Counted from the first letter of the whole stretch, positions 12,267 through 25,303 are shown. The stretch is 61,406 bases of DNA, filler included, from Hausera hauseri (GCA_046269625.1; 10 parts of 10 records of this genome joined end to end with filler, not necessarily neighbours in it), one strand, 5' to 3'. Made by a program: numbers and translations. Notes: generated by a model not told the origin, from the letters alone.

Positions 12267-14373
12267 ATATCCCGTACAAAGATTTATATTATGGCGCAGA
12301 TGTTTATGAGATTCAATATATTGTTTACACTGTTGATGAATGATTCTTTAGTGTTCAGGAAATGTTGAATTGGCCCTCTGGTGTATGGTTGTAACTTTGC
12401 AATTTCATGAAAAGTTAAATACAAAATACACTTTGATACAGGTCGAATTTCTGAATCTGATGCTTGTGTAATCCATTATTCCAAAGATATTACGTTTAAG
12501 GTCACGCTTTGAATTTCCATTGGATTTAGAAACCATTAAATCCCATCTACATTTGCAGTACCGTCAAGTTCCGATGGCTTACGTGAAAATTTTGTTAGAT
12601 TTACTGAAATAATACGAATTTTATTGATTAAATTTTGATGTGAGAATAAAATTTCAAATTATGCGAATTACGATTTGTTTGGCTGTGAAAATGAATGGTG
12701 CATGTAATTTTTGTATTTTGAATCAATTTTATTAAAATCCTGACTTGTACATTTATTGATTATCGCGGTAGCAGAATTTCGTAATCGAGGCTTGTTCGAT
12801 CGTTGTAGGTTTTGACAAGTTTCCGTAAAACCAAAAATGGTAGTTGCTATAAATTATCGAATGACGTTCATTTTCCCAAATATGGCGAATTCAATTTGAT
12901 GTCATCGGGAATGTCGTAAAATACGTCCAGCACGCCCAACCGGCCCAAACACTCAAGATTGTATTGATCGTACGCAATATTTGCGATGATTTTATCGCAT
13001 TTGTCGTAAGATTAATTAGACTGTTGTGTTGGTGTATACTGTGTGATCGTATGAGGTACTTATACCAACATATAAAATCATAATAATGACTGTTCATTTT
13101 TGAGGTTGTCTGTGGGAATAGAATCATTGGTTATGCACGTATCTGAAGGTGGAGTTCAGGAGGTTAGGTGAGCCTGCGCCCTTGCACTCAATTCGAAGAG
13201 ATTGATAATTCTTATATTATAATTATATTTTAATTTCTCGTTAAGCTGATGGTTGTGGCTTACCGTACTTCATTCATATGTATATTTATGGGAATACTAA
13301 TGCTTTTACATTTTTATCAGAGTTAGAGAGCCCAAAGTCAAGGTTCTAAGTCACTCGAGGATTTGTCTCCTGTTAGATTTATCATACCTTGAGATCTTTA
13401 CATTACTTATAATGATCCATTCCTTCTTCAGTAATTATGAGTGGATTATGCTATTCCAACAATCGAATCAATTATTAATCGCATTCATAAGTCAATAATT
13501 TATTTCCATATGTACATCAGAAGGAATATTGCACGACCGATAAAATCATTCAGTTTAGATTTTGCGGCCGGTAAAACAACATTGCTGTTGTAAGGCTGTT
13601 TCGTTTAACTTTAAGTCCATGTTTAATTGACTTAAAGCATCACCAAGTTTCGCATCATTTTCACTCGATAGCTGCTTTACACGCTAACTATACTTGGGTG
13701 TGGTCAGAAACGCTGTATTATTCAACGAAATCTGTACGGGCGTTTGAAGATAATGCACTTCATACTTTCGGAAATGTCGCATCGGTAAAAATGTCGGTGT
13801 TTGATGTGTGGGCTTTACTTTTTGCTTCTGTATTCCATTAGTCATTCGCGCATGTCGTTTTATTTTAGGATTTTCTAATTTGGTCAGTGTATATTAGTTT
13901 GATTCAGTAAAACACTTATGTGGTGTTTACATTGATTAATAGTCGTCTCATAGTTGATTGACTGAATCCCCAATATGACAATTTTTCCACTTCTGAACAC
14001 AAACGGTGCAGAATAGTGTTAGTCGCAGTGCAGGAAACAGTTCGGGCTTGTGAGAAGATTGCATTTTATTTTCCTTCATTGTATTAAGATCTACTCCAAT
14101 CACGTTCTAATGTCGACTGGTCCAATAATATACAAAAAATTTTTTTGTTTGTCTTTTGATATTGCAGAGCCACAGCAAGTTTGCGTTTGGATATTCGACG
14201 AGTACTACAACAATTCAAAATAGTCAAAGTAAAGTTAATATGGAGTCTGAATGTATTTTAGTTCCAATCACAGAATAAGTAAATCCGGATTAATTCATAA
14301 AAAGCTTTAAAAGTTCACCAATTTTAAACAAAAAAACTAATTTTACGTTAAAAATTGCACAAACACACAATTG

Positions 14374-14713
14374 TTATTTTGGTGGGCCAATGTGGGCACC
14401 ACAGGGCTCATAAATACATTCGGTAGCCATTGGTAATTTGTGCAGATTATTTGATGGTGGTGGTGGTGATGAGCAATCTAACTGAGGCGTTACCGTTATT
14501 GATTGAATTTGGTGAATGACAATTCCGAATTTTAGATGTCTATCATTTGTGATTGGTTTGCGACAACCCATAAAACGACACTTTCCCGATGGAAATATGA
14601 TGCATGTAATATCCGGTAGACATTTCTGGACATACTGCCTCGTCTTCCATTGATTAAACGGCAGTGCCTGAATACACTGAGTAACGTCTGCGGTAGTTGA
14701 TATTGGCTATCAT
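14374..14713 (-). pseudogene. TATA-binding-protein-like gene in a Polinton fragment (frameshifted, 3' truncated)
   Basis: MIANINYR/ADV...IIFPSGKCRFMGCRK (compare TBP LIFSSGKMVCTGAK), followed by a second repeat IQSITVT...LHKL...YEP. Confidence 0.65.
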
Positions 14714-14769
14714 GATTGATTGAAAGTGTTTATGGTGCACGTATTTATGTATGTGTGATTATAAACAAA

Positions 14770-15350
14770 ATGTGTGAGAAATGCATCACCAACGACATGA
14801 AGCTGCAGAATAGTGCCATTTTCCAGATTGAAGGCCCCAGTGGAAGTGGTAAAACGCACTTTGTTTGCAAATTGCTGCAGAACTACGGTGAAATATTCCA
14901 ATCGCCGCTGTTCAGTCACGTTTAATGGCATCAGGGCAGTGGTGATAATGGAGTGTCCGGTTTGACACATTAGGAATTTTGTAAATTGAAATAGATAACG
15001 GTAATTGATGGGTTTGATGAGACCTGGTCTGAGAGATTACGCAACGGTAACATTATTGTCATTGACGATTTATTTCAATAGGTAACGAAACAAACCGACT
15101 TCAACAACATGCTCATAAAGATTGCACGACACCGTGGTGTTACGGTTATTTGCATTGCACAAAACATGTTCCACCAGGGCTGACAATATCGGACAAGAAA
15201 TCTAAACGTACAATATTTGGTGTTGTTCAAAAATCGAGCCTACTTGATAGATGCATATCATGATGCTACGACCGTGCCACACGGATACTTGTTCATTGAA
15301 TTTACGCAACAGTGTCTCGATGACATGCTTGTACAAACAGACATTTTCAA
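14770..15350 (+). pseudogene. Polinton FtsK/A32-like genome packaging ATPase
   Basis: Walker A GPSGSGKT, Walker B IIVIDDL, arginine-finger ARHRGVTVICIAQN and QYLVLFKN; several stops. Confidence 0.88.
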
Positions 15351-16144
15351 TTAGAATGGCGTATTTATCTATAAACAAATTCAAAAATAGACGACAAAAC
15401 TGTGATAAAATGAAGAATTTCTGAAAAACAATTGTTAAACGTAAACATAACAAGCGGGTGTCCGGCAAGAAACGTGTATCAAAACGAACCGCTACAGTCA
15501 AGCGATTAATCAATTCTATTCTTTGTATAACAACAGCAACTGGACGCTTATTACGGTCACATTGGCAACGGTTATTGGAAAATTTATATAGCGTACACGT
15601 GATATAGTTACTAACACTAATTCTATCCATACAATTCTTAATATTAACCGACAACTTTTTGTTATTTTTATAAAATGCAAGTGTCCTGACCTGGATTATA
15701 ATCCCTCTGATGTCTAATTTTGTCTTCCTTATTCTTTTCTTCAACACAAATCTCGTGACTTCTGACTTGTAATTTCTTCCACCCTTAACCATTCTCCTCT
15801 CAAGTATATAATTATATGAAAATACATTTAGTTTAAATTTACAGTTATATTTAGCCATTGTTAACGCGATGCTCCTCCGCGAGGTAATTTTTCCACCTTT
15901 AGTTTCGTGTCACAATGCAACCATTCTGATTTTTCCAAGCATACACACATCCATACAGCCCGAATCAACAACCACGGAACCAAGAAAACGAACGTAACAA
16001 CTAACGATATACTTTGATATACCTTTCAACAGTTCTAACCACAACTCTATCACACACCAATTGGAGTCTGTGTTACTTTTGCTTGTATCGATTAGAGAAA
16101 CCGAATTAATGTTGACTTTCTCATTATTCGACTGACTGTCACAT

Positions 16145-16711
16145 TCAAATGGTTGTCTTGAGTTTTAATTTGTCGTGATTTCTCATCTTCTCAACGTCAT
16201 TTTCTTCCCTTTCATAGGTTAGACATTTGTCCGTTTTTTCATCCCCAATTCCACACTTGTGGAAAAATAGAATTAAATTTACAGAAAAATATAGGTTATG
16301 ATTTATGAAATCACTAAGAACTTTTACTTCCATAATTTCATCCCTGAAAACAAATGTAGGCTTTAGATTTTGAACGTATAAATTTTCTATAATATGACGA
16401 AATATCAATTCTCTTTGTACACTGTTCTTATTCTCCGAGAACCTTTTCTTCTCTTCTTTATCTAGTAACTTTTCTTCTTCATGACTTAATTTTTCGTCAA
16501 TTATAAACGTATGATAAATTTCATGCAATTTATAATTACATAATTGTATACTTGATTCAATCGTTTGGGACGAAGACAATATCACAATGTTACTTCGCAC
16601 CTTCTTGCCTGAATTATTTACATCGCTCGGAGAGAATCCATACGTATGGCCTCCAAGCTTCCCTGCATCTACTGACGTATAGATATCCTCAAAATGCTTA
16701 TTGTTTTCCAT
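16145..16711 (-). CDS. Hypothetical protein fragment, probably from a decayed mobile-element ORF
   Basis: 188-aa open frame at a contig end with broken coding-like sequence downstream; no motif recognised. Confidence 0.3.
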   Translation of the reverse strand: MENNKHFEDIYTSVDAGKLGGHTYGFSPSDVNNSGKKVRSNIVILSSSQTIESSIQLCNYKLHEIYHTFIIDEKLSHEEEKLLDKEEKKRFSENKNSVQRELIFRHIIENLYVQNLKPTFVFRDEIMEVKVLSDFINHNLYFSVNLILFFHKCGIGDEKTDKCLTYEREENDVEKMRNHDKLKLKTTI

Positions 16712-16871
16712 GAAATTTAATNNNNNNNNNNNNNNNNNNNNNNNNNNNNNNNNNNNNNNNNNNNNTTAATTAATTAANNNNNNNNNNNNNNNNNNNNNNN
16801 NNNNNNNNNNNNNNNNNNNNNGATAATGATGTGTTTACTTAAAATGAAGATCAGCTATTCATTGTTTCATA

Positions 16872-17721
16872 TGTTATTACAGTGGACGTTTAATCGTACG
16901 ACGTACACACCGACGTCGTGCTGAACTAACTGTTTAGCGTAGTCTAAAAAAACTATATACCGACTTGCACACAACCCCGTGAGCACGCGCGTGAGCATAC
17001 ATGTCACTCATTACTGCTCACATGTCGCACATGTGTGCTCACATGTCATACATGGGTGCTCACATGTCGTACATGTGTGCTCACATGTGCATTTACATGC
17101 TGACCCTGTTCTAGACACTGCGTAATACACTACTAATATAATACTAAGGATAAAATTATATTTGCGGAAAATAGGTGAATATCAAAAACAATTCATAAAA
17201 AATAAGAAATGAATTAATTGTATAAAGCTCACAAGTATAAATACAGTGAAGAGAATGAAGCAAGTGAGAAGAAAGTTTTGCCGTTACTGATCGTGACTTA
17301 ACAAATCGGGAGAGAAAGCTTCGAGTTAAATCTATTCTGTTGAAACTTATTGAATTCGCGAGAAGAAACATTGCACTGATCTCGTATTACTGAACTTGAA
17401 TTCTACTGATCCTACGAACGATATTTATTGGTAACTGTTATTTAATAAAGTTGTATTTTTAATCTGTTCATAGTTTGCTTCGCTCCTTAAAAGCGATTTT
17501 ACTACCTTAAGGTTAAAATCTTTACTGTGACTTCACATAGTTAAGAGAAGAATTTTATTAAACATTTTATTTGCACAGGACTACTGATTAAACTAATTGT
17601 TATAGGGTACAAACTGTCTATCCGATAACGGTAGACCTTACCTGTATTTAGATATTGTAATCTCAAGTGTAATTACTGTTATATAGTGGGAGTTGTATAA
17701 GAACCACCCCAATATATAACA
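16872..17721 (+). repeat. 5' LTR (about 850 bp) of Gypsy family A
   Basis: TGTTAT...ATAACA terminal inverted repeat, TATA-like boxes near 17221 and 17237, AATAAA near 17444, PBS 2 nt downstream. Confidence 0.8.
17015..17089. repeat. 21-bp tandem repeat (x3.5) in LTR U3, rich in CACATG/CATGTG E-boxes
   Basis: TGCTCACATGTCGCACATGTG unit repeated with minor variants. Confidence 0.85.
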
Positions 17722-17723
17722 TT

Positions 17724-17741
17724 TGGCGACCCTAGCAGGAC
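17724..17741 (+). promoter_or_regulatory. Primer-binding site, probably tRNA-Arg
   Basis: TGGCGACCCTAGCAGGAC directly after the LTR ...CA; complementary to a tRNA 3' end ...GGGTCGCCA of the Arg type. Confidence 0.8.
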
Positions 17742-18038
17742 AGTTTGTGTCTCGCTAGACTTTACTTTCGAGTGTTAAATAATTACATACCGGCAAGTAG
17801 TGCCAATCACACCAAATAATTCGATATAATCGAGAACGGAGAGATAAACTGGGTACATAAGTTATCAAACGGGGAATAAATAAAACTATCAAATTCGAGA
17901 ACAAATATTGGTAAATCAGAAGTAAACCTTGTATTAAAGGATAATTCACCCATACGCCAAACGCGTAGAAATATATACAGAGATATTAAAAAATTAGATA
18001 AACATTCAAACTGAGAGAATAGAATTAAATTAGACGCC

Positions 18039-19200
18039 ATGGAGCAAAATAAGCAATTTAAAATCCCACTTGAGAAGCACAAAATCACTAAGGCAAATTT
18101 TGAGATAAACTACGTAACTAATATGGCAGCATGTAACCCACCAATAGCGCAGAAACTGGACATCTTTAACTTTGATTCTCTTAATCTGCCGCCATATGAT
18201 GATGAGCAGGACGGGCTTAATGGATTCTTGAGTACTTATAAATTGCGCCCAGAAGGTGCTAATCTTACTCCTGAAGTGATGATTAAACGCTTGTCATTAT
18301 ATTTGAAAAATTTAGCCGCTGACACTTATAGTGAGCTCAATAACGATGAGAAGAAATTTTGGTCCTCCCTAGTAGGAGCATTAAACCGTAAATTATTGCC
18401 GACAGTAACGCCGAAACAGAAACTTATGGAATTTCAAAATACAGTGCAACAGAAGGGCCAATCGGTAACCCAGTTTGCATTTGCATTGAAGAAACTCGCT
18501 AATAGTTATTTAAGTAGACTGAGAATAACTAATGTAGCAAAGGCTAAAACAGACGCAGAACGTGATGCGGCGGAAAGGCAACCCCGCCAGACTTAGACGT
18601 CCTGATAACAACTCAATTAATTAATGGTATTTGGTCCCGAGATTTAGTGAAGCAGTTGATTTTGGCCAGACCTTAGAATTTCGAAAAAAACTCTACAATT
18701 GGCTCAAGATTTAGAAATGGCACTTGATATATATGCCAGGTACAACGGTAGGAACGACGGAAATAATGATCGAAACGACCGTAACGATAGAAATCGAAAT
18801 GACAATCATGGAAGAGATGATAGACGATTTAATGGAAATGGAAATTATGAAAATAGAAATAGTAATAATGAATACAGGAATAGTCGAAACAATAGTTATG
18901 TTAATGGCCGAAATATGAACAAGTCAAATTTTAATTCGAATAGAATCCGAGAAAACTAAAAAGGTAGTCGAAGAAATGTTGATAGTACACAAAGTTTGCC
19001 GAATCAGTACAATAGAAGTACAAATAGGCCTAAGTCACCTGTGAACGAAGACGGTCGACAAAGAGTCGGTAGAAACGGAAATTTAGTTTGTTTCACTTGT
19101 GGAAAAGAAGGACATATTTTAAGGTCATGTCCAAACCCACGTAGCGTTTCATATACTGAGCCTAATAAGACTAGTATGATTAGAGTTAATGAAAATTTAG
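18039..19200 (+). pseudogene. Gag (capsid region, N/R-rich linker, CCHC zinc knuckle)
   Basis: LYLKNLAADTY...W..L..AL...QQKGQSVTQFAFALKKLA capsid motif; CFTCGKEGHILRSC; internal stops and frameshifts. Confidence 0.9.
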
Positions 19201-19302
19201 AGGATAAAGTATGGTGTTCGTGGAGATACATACACTATCATCGATATACAAGATATACGAAGATTTCTAGATGCTCAGCCTGCGACTATTAAGCCACAAA
19301 TT

Positions 19303-22300
19303 GTGATGGCTAGAAAAGAATACGGAGATAAGCTAAGACTATTAGAAGTATATCATGGTTTAGTAGAGTCAGAAACTGAATATGAGCATGCGATAGCACT
19401 CAAGCGAATTGATATGACGCGAAAAAAGAGTGTTCCGACGAGCAATAAAATATCTGATAAACCAGGAACTTCGACAGAAGTCGACTTAGATGCAGAACCT
19501 GAGTTAACGGTTGAAAAGCCAAATAAGGCTACCGAAGATGAAACAGCTGTAAAGGAATTAATGGAGCCATTAATACTTAAAATTACGAAAAATAGAGGCC
19601 GTAGCCCTGCATTAAAACGAAACGTAGAAGTCGTTTACACTCGCAAGTAACTCGAGAGAAATTAGAAGCGAAAAATATAAAAACCATAACAGAGAGCGAT
19701 GTAGAGCATAACTTAAATACGCTAGAAATCGGTCTATTAACGCCTACCGAGGTAAAAGAATCTACAGGATCAATTAATGAGATTAATGAGATTTGCCCAC
19801 TTCCCACCAGCGAGGAAGAAACGGAAAATATTGGTGATTTTGATCTAATAAAGTGCAAGGTTCGACGTTCGTAGAAAAACGCTGATGAGTTCAAGAAAAT
19901 GAGAATTAGATGCCACGATCCGGAAATAATACAACGTAACTTGGAAAGACTCAAGCAAATCAGCGAACAAGTAGATATATCCGGAAAAGAGCAACAGTTT
20001 GCCGAGAGGTTATACAAAAGTTTGAAATTATGCAGTGAAGGAAAACTCGATGAAGCGATCGACTTTGGACAACCTAAAGAGGTATCACCTGAAACGCTGT
20101 CAAAACAGAAGCACGAATTAGATTCATGGATTAAAAGTGGAGTCGAATTTTTAGAAGAATGGAGCAAAAACGAAAATAGTGTCGACGTAAAAGTCGCCAA
20201 AGCTCGGAAGTTATTGCCTACTTTAGAAATAAACCCAAAACTGAATAGAGTAGTCCGTAATTTAGAGTGTATGATGGACGAAATTCGCCACGCAATGATT
20301 AACCGGCTTAGAGAAAGACCAGTCAGCAATCGAAGTAATACCGATTTAGAAATATTGGGTGTAGACCCCGTATATATTCCTTTCTTAATGGAGATGATAA
20401 AAATCTCTTTCGCTGTACCCAAACGAATCTAGAGAATCGAATCAAAATGGAAAATGAAAGGCTAGCGCAGATTTATAGCTTGAGAAACCGAATTATATCT
20501 CTAAACCGCGAAGAAACCCAAAACGTAGTAAAAGCTTGTATCATAGAACTTGACGAATACAAGGACGAGTTTGATTATGTTAGCCGGAATATGAATTTAA
20601 TTAAAGGTCCCTATGATGAATTAAAGGATGCATATAAGATGCTAGATAAGGCTATAATGGCAAAGCCAACAATCGCCAATCAATTGTCGGAATGGTCCGA
20701 ATTAGTAACGCGACTAAGTAAATTAGTGGAAAACCGTAGGAAAGAATTTTCATAGAGCGAGCCTTCTATAAAGAAACTGTTAGAATTGAGTGCACGTAAT
20801 TTAGATAAAATAAAAGCGGAAATATATATCAGAACTCAATTCGAAGCACTACGACAGCTAAACTTTATGAAGAAGAAGAAGAAGCAAGAAGTAATGATAT
20901 TGGAAGAGATCTATAAAATGGTCGAAGATACGAACTTTACAGAAAAGCGAAATATAACTTGCAATTTTTATCCAAGATTAAGAAATATCCGACTAGAAGG
21001 AGTCCAACATTTAACAGATAAACCTATCAACTAGATCTCTATCCGAGATATTGAAACCCTAGACATTTTTCCGGAACATCAATCCGCTTTAACGGAAGCA
21101 ATAAAATTTTTGCATAAACCAAAAGAATGGATGGCCGGATCAGATCAGAATTCCCACACCGAGTTGACGAGGATAAGAGACGACCAACATCTTAGTTTTC
21201 AGGAATCTAAGTTCGTAAAGAAATTGCTAGATGTAATAGATCCCCACCCAAAAATCATAAATTAGATGTACGAACTAGCCTTGCTATTAGTAGAAATGGC
21301 AGAAATTAACGACGAAATGATGGGGCAATTGGTGCCTAAAATCAGACACGTTGAAGAAACCTGCATTAAAACCAAATAAAGCGCAACAAGGTTAGATGAA
21401 TTAGTAAAAGACCTCGAAATCTACCGAAATAAATATGCTTTTACCGAATCAGAGATCAAAAATAAGCGAGAATTTATACAAAAATGGCAAAGAAACGTAA
21501 TTATTGAACTAACAGATTATCACCAAAAAGGATTCATCAACTCTAACGAATTAGGCGAATTATTGAAAATGATTCAGTATGCCTGCGGAAATGGCATAGG
21601 TTTTCAAACTACGCAGATGAAAGAAATACAAAAAGAATTAAAGGAAATTCGAGAAAATGCGCAGAGAACGAATACAGATTTTATAGACTATGTACTCTCA
21701 GATTTTGAAAATGAACCGGAATGGGACGCATATTTAGAGGCGATAACGGTCAAAAATCCTATGACCCCAGTACAGCTAAGAGAAATAGAAACGTGCCCGC
21801 AGAACAAGAGGTATAATGTGGAAATGCTCCTGGATTCAGCGCAAACTGAAAAGGATTTAATTGAGCTAATTAACTTAAACATTACTGAAAGTAAGTTAAG
21901 ACAACTTGTTCCGACCTTAACTAAATTATCTAGTGAAAATACGATTTATAGTACGGTGCCGAAACTTTTAATAAAGAAATACGCTAAAATCTTGAGGGCT
22001 AAACCTGACGTAACAATGAAAATAATGGTATCGCCTGAGTGGATGGACGAAAAAGAATGTGAGCTAATTACATATTCCTATGTAATAGACATAAGGGAAT
22101 AGTTATTAAGTAATGGCAGGACGACCGAGCGAAACTATAGGTTTTACTTTAGAGGGAGAATACTCGACGATTTAGAACAATTAAAAGATGTTTGGATTAT
22201 CCCAGATGAAACGAATAGAATAGTAGTGATAATAGCCAATGAACAGATAAAAGAAAAAGCCATGCGTAAGGCCAAGACAGAACAATGCGTAGGACAAAGT

Positions 22301-22474
22301 GTGGGAGTCCGAGACGCTACAGTGTATTTCGAATATTTACAAACGGATGAGGATAAAGAACAATACGATAAGAATTTGGTACCACTGAGTGAAGTGATAG
22401 CCAATGCCCAAGACAGAAACGACCAGTCGGTAGGCCTAAGAAAATACGAGAAGTTGATTATAATGAAGAATTGA
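19303..22474 (+). pseudogene. About 1000-codon accessory region after Gag: charged alpha-helical segment, ubiquitin-like domain (about 22013-22232) and AT-hook (22417-22443)
   Basis: Chain of same-strand E/K/L-rich ORF fragments. The 3' part is homologous to 9090-9791. KRPVGRPKK reads in an alternate frame at 22417-22443. Confidence 0.7.
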
Positions 22475-22734
22475 TTTGTTATATCTTTCAATAACATTTT
22501 TACGGAAGTTGCGCTTGTGCAACTTTGTCGGGTTCGAAATGGTGGTATGGTTANNNNNNNNNNNNNNNNNNNNNNNNNNNNNNNNNNNNNNNNNNNNTTA
22601 ATTAATTAANNNNNNNNNNNNNNNNNNNNNNNNNNNNNNNNNNNNNNNNNNNNCCGACATCATCGGGCCGAAAACTCCGCACCCGCTTGTACCCGACCAC
22701 GATGGGCCACGGGACAACACAGCACTGTGGGCAT

Positions 22735-24940
22735 CACAATGATCAGAGGATATTATATTCCCTAAGAATACCAAGAGTTGTTAAAGTCAGATAAACATTT
22801 ACAAAATATCAAAAAATGCAAACTTTCAGAAGTCAAGAAACAGAAGCGGTTAGTTTCGTGAATAATGAGTTGTATCCGACTGGAGAATTTCGTGAATAGT
22901 GAGATGTATCCGATTAGAGAATTGAGGCAACTAAATGATCAACCAGTTACAGATGCAGAAATCAGAATTAATGAATATAAAGTATCAATGATTAAGCACC
23001 CTGAAGTTGACCAAATTGTTATTGCACAATAATAAAAGAAGGACCCTTCGCTAAAATTCATATCGAAAACTGGAAAGCCCACGCACTAATTGAAAAGGGT
23101 CTGAAATATCGTTAATCAAATATGACTCGATACCATAAGTTTTGCGAAAATAATTATATTTACCTCCAGCGACAGACTCCAGGACTATAGGATGTAATCA
23201 TGAAATTCATATGAAGAGACAATCATTTCATCACGAATATTCAATAATGGAGCAGTTAACTGATGATGTAGTATTAGGATGCGATTTACTGAGACAGTTA
23301 TCAAATGTGGCAATAGGTTTTCACATTGGTAAACGAATAGAACTTGGACCAATAAAAGGAATAAAAACTACTAAAGATAGAAAATATGGAGAAGTACGGA
23401 TTCCGGTAGCAGAGAATATTCCGCCCAAAACAGAGATGCTGATTTACGCACAAATTCGCCAAGACGATGATCAACCAGTATATTTGGAACCGAAAAACAT
23501 TAAACCTGAGCATCGTGCTCAGTAATGTGATAACAAGAGTATTGGCGGATCGTGTACCTATCAGAACATCTAACAATGCTCCAACTCCAATAAAGCTGTG
23601 CTAAAGCTACTTTGAGTCACACTTATAAAGTGTCATCGAGAACCATCTAGGAAAAAGTTTATAAATGCGTCGAATTTTGACCTCACGTTGAAACTAAATA
23701 CTCACCAGAATCGTATTCTCGCTTTTATGATCTTCTGTGGCGTTATAAATCAATTATCGTTAAAGATGAAGATATTGGTAAAGCTTTGAGATTAAGGATT
23801 CCACTAATAAAACGCCTGGTTCAAATGACGAAATCGATCCTGAAGATCAAAAGATATCGAAATGGCATCCTTCACCACATTCATTAAGACATGAAATAAC
23901 AAAGGAAGTCGAAAGAATGCTTAACTACGATATAATTAGACCGAGCCATAGACCTTGGTATTCACCTATACTTATGGTTAAAAAGAAAGGTTCCACAAAA
24001 CATCGATTTTGTATCGACTATAGAACACTGAACATTCATGAAGAAAGACTCTTTCATTACCCTCTGTGAAAGAAGCTTTAGATAGACTCTCCGAAGCAGC
24101 ATGGTTTACCACACGACTTGCAATCCGGATACTGGCAAGTAGAAGTGGAAGATGAAGACCGTTACAAGATAGCATTTAAAACTCACGATGGTGTATACGA
24201 GTTTAATGCAATGCCATTTAGTATTATAACCCGGATGATGAACAAAATGCTGATGGAACTCGAATATGCATTTGCATATTTGGACGACGTAATGATCGTG
24301 TCAAGAACGGAAGAACACTTAAAAGATATTGAAGATACACTGATGAGATTGGAACAAGCAGGATTGAAGCTGAATCCTAAGTGTAAATGGACCCAAAATG
24401 CATTATCCTACCTTGCACATATAGTTGAAGCAGGATCAAAATCCGACAAGTCATTATTAAACAAAATATCGGACTGTATGGAACCACAGAATCAAAGAGC
24501 TGAGACATTGGGTTAGGCTTGTGTGGATACTACGCCACAAACGTACCCATAACTCTCAAATAAATGCACCGTTGTATCGCCTGCTTAAAAAGGAATTAAA
24601 TGGAAATGGACAGCTGTGGAACAAAAATCTTTTGATGAGACGAAGACAATTCTAACAAGCTAATCTGTTTTAAGATATCCTGATTTTAGTTTGTTATTTA
24701 TAATCAAAACTGACGTCAGCGAAGTAGGTATTTAATACGAGTTAGCCCAGAAACGTGGCGATGAGGAATTAGAACACCCGATCCCCTATGGAAGACGATC
24801 ATTGAAGAAAGCCGAGAAAAATTACTCATGGAGTTATAAACATTACTGTAAAAGAAGCCCTACGACATTTTAACGTTTACGTCTACGGACAGAAAATTAA
24901 AATTTTTACGTATCATAAGGCCGTTACGACTTTGAAGGGA
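22735..24940 (+). pseudogene. Gypsy family A pol: linker, decayed protease, RT, RNase H (truncated)
   Basis: Homologous to 5167-6450. LQSGYWQVEV..KIAFKT..FNAMPF..AYLDDVMIVS; IKTDVSEVG...YGRRSLKKAEKNYS. Confidence 0.9.
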
Positions 24941-24944
24941 AGTG

Positions 24945-25303
24945 CAAATAATTAAAAATCCTCTAAAATTGTTCGGCCCCTTCTCTGACGTCTGTATATA
25001 TATACTTCCATTTCTTATAGTCTATCTGGTTGATCCTGTTTATTATTTTTTTATTTGCTTTTTACCACCATTTTTAGGATATCCACCAACAATTTGCAAT
25101 TTTTATTTCTCTACTTCAACCAACACCATTTATTTAATATACGTTTAATTTTTTCTGTACACATTTAATTATATTTATATACACAATTAATTGCTCCAAT
25201 ATGTTTATTTTCACTCCAGTGGTTGCATTAGGTTCTCTTTAAAGAACGATTATTTTCAACACAGCTGTTACATTAGACCTTTCTCACAACATTTCTCCTC
25301 CCT
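24945..25303 (-). repeat. PPT (25292-25303) and start of a truncated 3' LTR (from 25291 leftwards) of LTR family B
   Basis: Minus strand reads AGGGAGGAGAAA|TGTTG, the same junction as AAAAGGGGGAGAAA|TGTTG at 42417-42435. The left boundary is approximate. Confidence 0.65.

Noticed and set aside
15202-15858. 218-aa minus-strand ORF
   Set aside because: It spans the junction between the Polinton fragment (coding on +) and unrelated sequence, so it is probably chimeric.
15940-15990. VVVDSGC as an aspartic protease active site (minus strand)
   Set aside because: No supporting flap or GxD motif and no RT downstream.
17015-17089. CRISPR-like array (also 43069-43185 and 22853-22925)
   Set aside because: These are short tandem or dispersed direct repeats without a regular repeat-spacer structure; eukaryotic LTR context and no cas genes.
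19583-20422. 279-aa antisense ORF
   Set aside because: It is the S/L/F/I-rich mirror of the purine-rich sense coding strand, with no motif.
22474-22735. Contigs 4 and 5 as one continuous gag-pol element lacking env
   Set aside because: They are separated by a linker and both have unrelated sequence at their edges. Contig 2 shows env lies between the homologous regions.
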